Assembly (NCBI GenBank): GCA_965202585.1
Contig: OZ241829.1
Coordinates: 28,954,001-29,018,000, forward strand
DNA: 64,000 bases
Direction: 5' to 3'
From: Thalia democratica
Taxonomy: Eukaryota
The notes under the pieces are model-generated. The model made no database searches. It was not told the origin of the DNA and saw only the letters and a list, made by a program, of their open reading frames with translations. The stretch's first letter is position 1; every line of letters starts with the position of its first letter. Of the stretch, positions 1-10,500 are shown in pieces. Position numbers and translations under genes: made by a program.

Positions 1-39
1 AACATGTTTTTATTATTATATTATATTTTCTACTTTTAC

Positions 40-140
40 TGTTACCCGTAATTCTTGGTCGGTAACTGGTTCTCGGGTTTGGTCGGGTGGGAATTGTGCG
101 CAGACGGGAAATGATCGCGGGTTGGAACTAAGCGGTTCCC
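40..140. repeat. GC-enriched non-coding segment resembling a subterminal-repeat transposon fragment
   Basis: Repeated cggg/gggaa/ggtt motifs, no splice-bounded ORF found. Confidence 0.25.
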
Positions 141-1477
141 ATAAAACTACAACTTTACATGTTACAACAGTTTTAAATATAGTTTGTAATTATAATGTTT
201 AAAATCAAAAACGTTTTACTAAAATATTATAAACTGAAGGCTCTCATTTCATTTTTTAAATTCAAACTCACAAAGTTCAATTTTTCGTTTAGTTTATTAT
301 CATAATTATACAGTTAGTAATTAAATTAATCTTTTATACTTGATACGATATAGTGCAAAAATGTATATACAAAAAATATTAACAAATATTTAAAGTAACG
401 CAGGCTTTAAGACTAAAGTATGACTTTACGTAAAATAAAAAAAACAAAAATAAAGTAACGAAAAATTTACAAAAACAATATTGGCAATCAACATGTATAA
501 ATGAACAAATTGACGTTTTAAAAGGGGAAAATAAAAAATTAATTATTAAAAATAATGGGGCAATTTGCAAGGCTATAATTAGTTTTTACAAGGTAAGATA
601 TAACAAGAGATACGATTAAAACAAAAGTTACATACATAAAAAAATAAAAAATAGATAAGAATTCTATGTACAGTATAACCATGGTACTTTCTGATACCTA
701 ATGGCATTACAGAAAAATTGTGTGCTCGAAAACAAGGTACAATAAAAATAACAAAATAAATGTTTCAATACTACGTTTTAAAGATTTCTAGTATAGATAT
801 TTTCGAAATAAAAATTGAGTTCCAAAAAGCTACATTGTGTTGTATAAAGATAATGTTTTTAACCGAAAACATAAACCATTAGTATTTGTGACTCAACAAA
901 ATTTTTATTGATTATTACAGTAAATTAGTCACTGTCAAAAAGATAAAGTGCAATAAAAATCTTTTCCAATTCTAGTTGCTTCTAAGTATTATAATGATCA
1001 AGTTAACACAAAATCCCTACAGTATGCAGTACAAATAAAATTTAAATTCCATTTGATGCAATAAATCTTACTGTGAAAACAAGTTGGTAAACGGTTTCAG
1101 AAATACATTTTTCTTTTAAAGTAGTAAAAAATTAAATATTTACAACAAAATTAGCTGCACTGTTTGCAGTTTGGATGAAAAGACAATGGTAAGAGTCAAG
1201 TAGCTCCCTTTAAGTACAAAAATAATTTTACACAAAAATAAAAATATTAAATTGCATAATGAACTCGATATGTACAATAAAAGTTTTAGTTTACGTAAAT
1301 ACACAACAAAAAATAAACGCATTCTTTTTGGAGAGACACGTTCAAACAGAGGCTTAGTGCGAAATAGTTTACAAAATTTACGATGGATTGGTATATTGAA
1401 AAAATCTGCTTAAAAAAGCTTTCTTTATATTACATACATCAGGGTTTTCTTGTCGCAGAAATGCAAGTTTCGCCCAA

Positions 1478-1565
1478 TTACACGTTCGAACTCGCGGGGT
1501 TCAGGGGCTTGTTGTCGCTAACCTCTATGACGTCATCATCGTCTTCGTCCAACAAGTCCGGGAAA
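1478..1565 (-). CDS. Integrin exon 24 (acidic cytoplasmic tail, stop)
   Basis: aaaaag|T TTC CCG..; (H)[28 protein letters not shown]; phase 2 matches the exon 23 donor; GC-rich island. Confidence 0.8.
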
Positions 1566-4500
1566 CTTTTTAAAATGTTTAACCGGTTAAGCTTTTTATA
1601 GTTTAAAAATAAGACAGAAGCACTACTGTATGTTACGTGAATCTAACAGCGCGTCCAGTCGATAAAGCATGTTAAATATTATACAAAAAATAAAATACAA
1701 CAAAATATTTGTTTAATTAAAAACTACCTTTTTAAAGATATTTTACATAAGATATAAAAATCCACATTTATATGTAGTTAGACTATTTTTTGTAAAAAAT
1801 ATAAATGCTAAATTAAAAAATTCGCAAAACAATTACAGCAAAACAACAAAAACAAACAAAAATTAATTAAAGAAACGCTAATTTCTAAACTGACTGTTTT
1901 CTCTTGAAGAATCCGCATTTGAAGAGGCAGAATATGATGAGCACGTAAACGATGAGGGCGATCAGTATCGCTATCAGGATGTACCACCACGGGAAGACTT
2001 GCGCCTCCGAGTCTATTTCGATCGCCTGGTCTATCTCCGTTATCACCTGTATGAAGGATATTGTTTGATGCATTTTTTACAAAATTCGAGTCAATCTATT
2101 TTTACTTTAAAAGTTGTTGTGTATGTTGTGAGGCAGTTGTTTTGCTGGTTTCATAATCACTAAACATTTTTTATTTACTGTTGTCCTGCGGCTATTATAC
2201 TATCATTGTTACTCGTCAGTATGAAAGAAAAACTAATACATGCTTATCACATTGCTAATGTTTTTTTTTTCATGTCATATTCTACTAACATGTAAGTTGT
2301 AAAACTAACAGAAGCCTTGAAACCTCATTTAACTTTTTACTTTTTTTCAAACTGATTACCAGTTCAAAAGTTAGTGTGTTGCACTTTGCAAACTTAAAAG
2401 TCACAATAAATTAAACATTCAACTTACGGAAGCCTTGAAATCTCCGACGATCCTGACATTTTCCTTGACGCTCTTGACTTCCGCATCCGATCTCACCGAT
2501 ACGTCCTTGACGTCGATGAACTCCTCCAAGAACGTGTAGTTCCACACTCGGGACTGTTTTAATTACAACAAGTAAAAATGCAAGTGCACTGGTTTATTAA
2601 GTCCACACACTTGAGTTCCAACACTCGCGACAGTTGGAAGTGTAACAAGTAAAATGTGACATATACAAGTTTACTAGTTGTACACTTGAGACTTAAAAAT
2701 GCAAATGTATTTGTTAACGCCAATATAAAAAGACATATACTGGTTTACGTTACAACCCTAAGAAAATAAATAAAAATATGACATGTACTAGTTTATGATA
2801 AAATATGAGAGCATAATACTTTACATCAAATACAGCGGTTTACGCAACACTCATAAAAATAACTAGTTCAACACCTTAGACTGAAAAGTATGTAAAATAT
2901 AAAAGGTATACTTGCTTACGTCACACTGCTGAAAAAAAAAAACGTAACAAGTTATCCGCTGTACGTCGCTGACGAGTAGCGACCAAAACTATGTTTTACA
3001 GATTGCAGCCAGAACATTTAGATAAAGTATTTTAAAAATAGAATAGATTATATTTAGTATAATTTCATATACTCTTTGACTAAAACTATTAAAAAGGTTT
3101 GTATTAGTTTAAAAAAACAATTTTTAATACATTTTCAAATTAACACATCTTTCCTTTTTACCTTACTTTTAGATTTAGCTAGTCATTGCACTCAGATGAA
3201 ACATACCTCAAAATTAATATTTCAAGTAATCTAGGTAAGTGTACAAACAATGTGTAAACTACTCACCGTGAGCTCAACGGTGGCGGTCTTTTTAGAGAAG
3301 AGTTCTTCCAAGTAACACTTGACCTCTACGCACCTCGCGCCCAGTTCGCACGTGATCGCACTCTCGAATCCAGAACTCGACTGTTAATTGTGTTTAATGT
3401 ACTATTTATTTTTATTATTTTTTTATTGATTCTCAGTTTTAGGTTCTGTCGTGCAATTGTAGTTTTTTTGTTTTTAATTAATAGCTTTTTGTTTTATACT
3501 AACTTTAATATCGTCGAAAAAAAATTAGGATTATTAAATATTAAAAACGCATGATTTAAAGCTTCGCTTTGAAAAGATTAAAGCTAAAAATTTCAGTTAA
3601 ATAATAGTCATCTGTTTATGGATGCACTTTTTTACCATGCATTGCTTTAGACATAGCATTTGTTATAAAAAGTTTTCGTACAATTATTCGCTTAAATTTT
3701 ACAACACGTGCTAGTTTTGAATTTTTTCAATACCTTGGACTTGTACTTTATGGGCTCCTTGCCCAGCAGCTTGGCGTAGGATACTTTTATATCGTCCTCG
3801 GACAAGCTTCTCGGTCTTCTGGACTCAGCAACACCGATCGACTTGTTGAAGTTTCTATCCGCATTCTCTTTGTCCGCGCCTGTGTAAAAATACTTAAATA
3901 AAAAAAAAAGGTTTAAAAAGAAACTGAAATACAATCTACTAGTATACTGAAAAATTGTTTGCAATACTTTGTTTCGTTGTTAGTATAAAATGAATAAATC
4001 CATAATTAAAAGACAAACATCTAATACATGTAAAATTTGTAACGAAAAAATCTACTGGTTTGTTATTTGATTTAACTGTTTTTTAAAAATGAGTTCTTAA
4101 ACGACAAACAATCAATAAAAATTAAAAACTTGATAATTAATAATAAACAATGATGCATGTTATTTTTAAATTAGTTATTGAATTCATACTACGTATTTAC
4201 TTATACACTAATTATTTTATCTGCATAGTAAAACTTCTACAGACTTTTGTAGTTAAAATGAAAACTTGTATGCTTTGATAAAAATAAGTAAGTAACCATT
4301 TACTTAGTCAATACTTAACTAAAATTAAATAATGCAGGAAAATAACGACTTTAGTATGAGTGAAAACAATAAAATTTTAACGTTTGTTTAATTTTGCACA
4401 AGTAATCTTATAGAGATGACACAAAATACATTAAGGTTTCAAACTATAAACAAAAAATTATTTGTCCATTTTAATTTACCATAATTTGAATTTAATCAAC

Positions 4501-7500
4501 GATATAAAAGGTTTTTCAAAGACATTATGAAAGTAAAAAAAGTACTTAAAATTATTAAGACATCAAATAATTTATTGAGGCAGTATTAGTTTACAAATTA
4601 CAAATAGCTTCACATACACACGATTATCACAAAAAAATAACCTCCTTATATAGTCCAGCTCTCCATCAACTCGGCTGTAGCTTTTTATTGATATAATTTT
4701 GGTTTTTACAAAATATTATACTAACTCAGTGCTTGAAGGTTAGACATTTATGAAAAAAAATGATTACACCATATAACCCGTATGATAAATTTTTTTCTTT
4801 TAGTGTATATATATATATCAAACAAAACACTGACCCAGTCCGTACTGGTTCACGTTCACGTACGTCTCGTCGCACCTTCCCTTGATCGACTTGTCGAACC
4901 CCAGCACCCTCGTGTCGGAGAGGTACATCAAGTACTTGCCGTTGTACAGCTCGAGCGGGAACTGCACCGACAGCTCCAACCCGGTCGCCACTTCGGTGCC
5001 TGTAAAATATTTTTTTTAATTTAATATAGTTTTAACCAATTAAAAAAAAAAACAAATATTTCTACATCCACTCCAGTACTTGGTGTTTGTAGTTTTTGTT
5101 AACTACTAAAACAATATGATGGCGGTTGGCATGTTTATATAAATGAAGTTTAAACAAAATAAGTTAAATCGTTTTTCGTTTATAGTAAGAGAAAACATCA
5201 GTTTCAGGTGGTAAAAACATTTTTTAAAATTATTAAGAGTAAATATATTGTATCAAATCAATTTAAGTATATCTTTAATACGACCCGCAGTTTACCGACC
5301 TATTTATTAGCCAATGGGTGGCTTTACAAGCTGTTGTGTCTAAAACTCACTTGACAACTATTATTACAATTCACAAATTTTATGTGCAACAAAATTATAT
5401 TTTGTAGTTTTTAGAAAAATTAGTAACTTTTTAGCAAAAAAACTTAATGTTATTAAAAAAAGAGCTGTCATATATTTTTCTCAAAACGAAACATTAAATA
5501 TCAAAACTAAATTGCTGAAACCTATATGTGAATTTGTACTAACTTAAGAAGTTACATTTAAGTTAAAATTTTCTGATAATGCTTTAACGTAAAAATTATC
5601 GTATAGTTTTTAATCTATTTAAGCCAGTAGTAAAAGAGTTTAAAACAATAACAATATATCAAAATTTATACGCCCCTTAGCTTGTAAACCTACTTGAAAA
5701 GCTTCTATAACTGAAACAAAAAAAAAGTGATTCACAGATTTTTTTGAACAAAATGTAAACAAAAACAAACCGTTGTTTTGAACGAAGAAGGAATAGGAAA
5801 CTTGTGGTCCAATTCTTTCCAGGGTTCCCATTGCAGATTCACCAACGATAGGGTTGTTGTAGTAACGGACCTGCAAGAATTAAAAAAATATAATTCTTTG
5901 TTTAATTTACTTTATATTCAACAAACTTAAATATAGATTAAATACCGTTTATTCTTAGGTTCGATTTTTTGCTATTTAAATAATTATGGTCGAAGCTTAG
6001 TTTAACACATTATTAGCAGTTTAAATTAGTCATTTACACTTAGGTTGTTATAGTAACGGACCAGTGTACAAACATAAAGGTTAACAGCAAACCTTAAAAG
6101 TTATTGCTGTTCTAATAATGTTAATAGATATTTTGATAAGATTATAACTTAAAAAGATGTTCATAATGTTCAGTAATGTAAGGCAGTGCCATTTAGTTTT
6201 AAATAACTGTATATAATGATTTTTTTTCCGTATCTAATAAAAGATATTTAAAAACATTAAGTAAGTAAACTATTTGAATTGTTTATTAAAAATGCAAAAA
6301 AAAAGTTTTGTAAATTTTATACTTAAGTATATTTTCAAAACTTTTTGCATCTGGCATAACATACATTAGGCATACAACAAAAGCTAAAATAAAAACTATA
6401 AAGATAAACGTTTGCGACCGTACTTTGCGTTGGTAATTAAAACTAAAGCTTCAAAGTAAAAGATAAACCCTCATATAACTTTAAAGCAATTAAGTTGACT
6501 GTAATACATTGCACTGCGCTCTATGCAACTGAATGTTTTGTGTTACCCTTTAATAATGAACAATGGTTTTAAATAAGTACTGCACTGTACATGTTTTGAG
6601 AATTTTTTAAATATTACTAGAACTTTAACTAGGTTTATATATTTAAAGCTAAGCAGTAAAAATGCTTTTATACTTAAGACAAAATTAAACTATAAGCAAA
6701 TTGTACTATCCAGTTAAATAACTTGTACTTATCAAAAACTCATTGCAACCTTTTTTGGATTAGTGCTAAACTTATTTATTCTATTTTTTACAAATCGTTT
6801 TCAAATTTTCTGTGTACAAGTACTAGAAAAAAATATATATAGCTAAAATTTAAGCTGTAATTATACTTTTAGTAAATTAGTAAAAACTTTACAGAAAAAA
6901 TAAAAAATTAATTTAAAGTAAGGATTACAAATTAAACAAAAAACATCAATATACGATTTTTATAGTATTTATTTATTTCACTTCTTAATTTATCAGCTGT
7001 ATCACCTCTCAACTTGTTTGGGACTTTCACTACACTTAATTATCTTATTTTAAAATTATTTAAATACCAGTTGACTATATGTGACCAACTGATTAATATT
7101 TAGGACTTTTACTAGATTCATTTATTCTACACTTTATCTATTTAAACATCAACTGATTTTATTCAACTAATCGTTATTCTGGCTTTAGACTTATTTAATC
7201 AATATTCGATTATTCAGCCTGCCGAACCTGTTTAGGGCTGGCGCTGGACGTGACGATTATGTCGTGCTCCACGACGACCCTGGTGGTCATCTTCTTCACC
7301 ATCGTCCTGTTGTTCATGCTGGTGGTCGAGGTCCTGTACTCGAACACCAGCTCTTTCGTCTCAATCGAGAGCGATCTCTCCACGAACTCAATGTCTATGG
7401 ACGAGACTTGGTTGCGGTAGAAAGGGTTGCCCAGGTCGCATATTACCTCGAACGCTGCAAATTAGGTGATAAGTATATAAATATCTTATTATATAAAGTT

Positions 7501-10500
7501 CATTTAGTTTGCTTTTTTGGGAGTTTAATCTTAATTCTTGGTTATCTAGTTTACATCATACTTGCTCGTATTATCTCGGAAGTATGGTAAAATGTAAGCA
7601 CGATAGTTTTTTCTTCTTATGTAATTAAGTAAATCATAATAAATTCATTATTAAGTTATTTTCGATTATCTATTATTAAAACATACGAAAGGTTATAATA
7701 AAAAATATGTATAAAAAATATCTTTAACATCTCATACGCTGGAAGTGCAGTCAAGTTTTGATAAAGTTATTAATGTTTACAAATTTTAAAAGCAACAAAT
7801 GCTCCTGTATTATTTAAAAAAACCTAACAACCTAATAATTTGCAACAACTCTAATAAATAAGTATTTTCATAAATTAAGTTCAAATAGTTTGTCTTTCTT
7901 GCTGTTTAGCTTTATTTTATTCATTAAAAATCTACATGAAGTAGTTGAAAGTCAGTCGTATAAAGTAACATGGTTGTTAACACACAACTTGTTATTTTTC
8001 TATAGCTACACAAATTATTAAATCATGCAAAAGTTTATGAAAAACAATGAATTTACTGATTTTACTTTAAAAAACTTATTTGTTGACCATAGGTTATTCT
8101 AGTTTAAGTATATTATTCTGGATTTTTTGTCATAGTTTTGTAATAAAGAAGGGCTTAACTAAACAGTAGTATTATGTATTTATTCATTCATACAAAACAA
8201 TTATTGCTGAGTAGTGATAACTAAGCTTTTATTTAAACTTAGCTGATTTACAATATCAACCTGTTTAACTTAAGATGATATCTTATATGATTGATCCTTT
8301 TTGTCAATCTGTAATTAATTATTTGGATTAAAAATGCATGAAAAACTCAAAGAGATGGCAAGTTTGATCAAAACTCGGATTAACAAACTTACCATAACTT
8401 AAAACAACTTGATAAAAAAACTATATATACAAAACAAGCGCCGTTATTCAACAAAATATTTCTAAACACCAAAAAAGAAAATTTAAAAGGCAATGTTTAA
8501 ACCTTTTTTGAATTTAAATCAACCTAACTTACTTGTAATCGACCATTAAAATTACCACAAACCTAAAACGACTTAATAAAAATTCTACATCCAAACAAAT
8601 AAAAAAAAGCTTGATAAAAACTATCTGAACGCCAACGCACCTGTAGAGGGCCTGCACGACACGGTTGAGTTCACACCGGCATCGAAGTTCTTGTACAGCA
8701 GGTGTTCAGAGTGGTCGATGTACAGTTTGGCCTGGTGTGCCTCTTCGCCCGGGTTCGTAACTTTTATGTTGATCGGCAAAGAGGGAGCATCTAAAACACA
8801 ATATTTTGTTTGTATATTTTTAAATTATTGAGATTGTAATTTTTCTCTTCAACTTTTGAAGGTCGATTTAAACTGATAGCTTTTGTGACCAGTTAGAATC
8901 ATTAATTTTTGTTTCACGTGAAATACAATTGTATTGTTTGATTTTTTATAGGTTTTATAGTTTCTAACAGTTTAAATAAAAAGTACTATCTATTTAAAAG
9001 ATAATGTGAAGTAAACACTGAAATGTGTTAGCATATTTGTATTACAATCAACACAGTCAACTCACGGTAGATGTATATATATTGATAGAACTAGCAGTAT
9101 ATTTATACCATACATCAACTCACGGTACAAATGTTCCTCGGGCGCCGTTCCTTCCGCGCTCAGCCTGCTCTGGCACACGTCGTCGTCCCCGCAGTCGTGC
9201 AAGATCCTCACCTCCTTCTCGTGCCTCGACTGGTAGTCCTCGTCCAGTATGGGGTACCTGACCATGTCCACCATCTCGGCGCCGATTGGTTCCGGCTCGG
9301 GGACTTGGTCGTCCGACGCCAGGCTGTACTCTGTGTGACGTCATAGCGAGTAAAAGTGACGTCACATTGTGTAAAAGTGACTTGGTAATTGAGTTTAGAT
9401 AATTGGTAATCACCAAGTTAGTTTGGTTGAATGTTCATTTGTTCGTCAAAAATACACAAGGAGTGCTATGTATTGTGATTATTAAGTCAGTTTGTTGAGT
9501 TTTAATAAAGCAACTTTAAAAGTTAAAACATACTGAACAGGTAAAAATAAAGTTTCAAAATGTTGATCTTAACTGCTATCCTCTTTTTAACACAAACTGT
9601 ACTCTGTGTTTAAATTTTTTGAGTTGTTTGTTTTGTATCAGTTTTAGCGAAGCAGATTTTGGAAAAGAAATAAAAATAAAAGGATAATGATAGAGTATTG
9701 AAGTTTATATTTAATTTATAAAAAATGCTATGAATCATCATAAATCGTTGATTTTTGTCAGGGATAGACGTTTTGTGATATTACTAAAACTAAATTCATT
9801 ATGACGTCACATGTAAAAACTATTACTCTTATTTTTACAACTTGAAACTACCGTTTCACGTTAGTTATAAACTTTGTATGTGACGTCATAATGTGCCGTC
9901 TTGCTGACATATGAATTAAATTCTCTTAAAGTTCAACAATTTTTTAATTTTTAATTTTATAGTCACTAGATTGAGGTTTTGTAGTTTTAAGTTCAAAATT
10001 TCGAATGAAGTTAGATTTTTGCACTAATACGCTTTAAACAGAATTTGAAATTACGTTAAAATACTTTTCTTTTTTCCTCTAACTTGTTTACTCCTATACA
10101 GTAATATTTGAGCTTTTATTTTTGTCCAAATAGCTGAAGATTGTAGCAATAAGCTACATGAAATAATTATACTTTTTTTTTGAAGTATTTTGTTATATAT
10201 AAAGTATATATATATAAATATATATAATTAAGAAAGAGAAAGCACTTTCAAAGATTAGAACTTTAGTACTAGAACTTTACCAAGCTAGTTATTTGATTAT
10301 AGTGTTTTGTTTTTTTTAAAACATTTGTTGCAATTGTTTTAACTTGTAGCCAGAAAATTAAAATTCATTTTAATTAAAAAAATTAAGAGTGTAATAAGCT
10401 CTTACTTTATTAAAGTTCAAAGACTTTATTACTTTTGACTTGATAATTTAACTTTCTCTTTTTAGTGTCTAGAAAAATTAAGATTTTACTGTAAGTCCTT

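Noticed and set aside
379-1322. ORF-track calls 379-570 and 1140-1322, and similar 60-90 aa ORFs at 11802, 21801, 22067, 27996, 31367 and 35424
   Set aside because: Non-ATG starts, F/L/I/K-rich translations typical of AT-rich non-coding DNA, no splice or homology support.
2209-2990. 10-bp inverted match tactcgtcag/ctgacgagta flanking exon 22
   Set aside because: Too short to support an RNA pairing claim.
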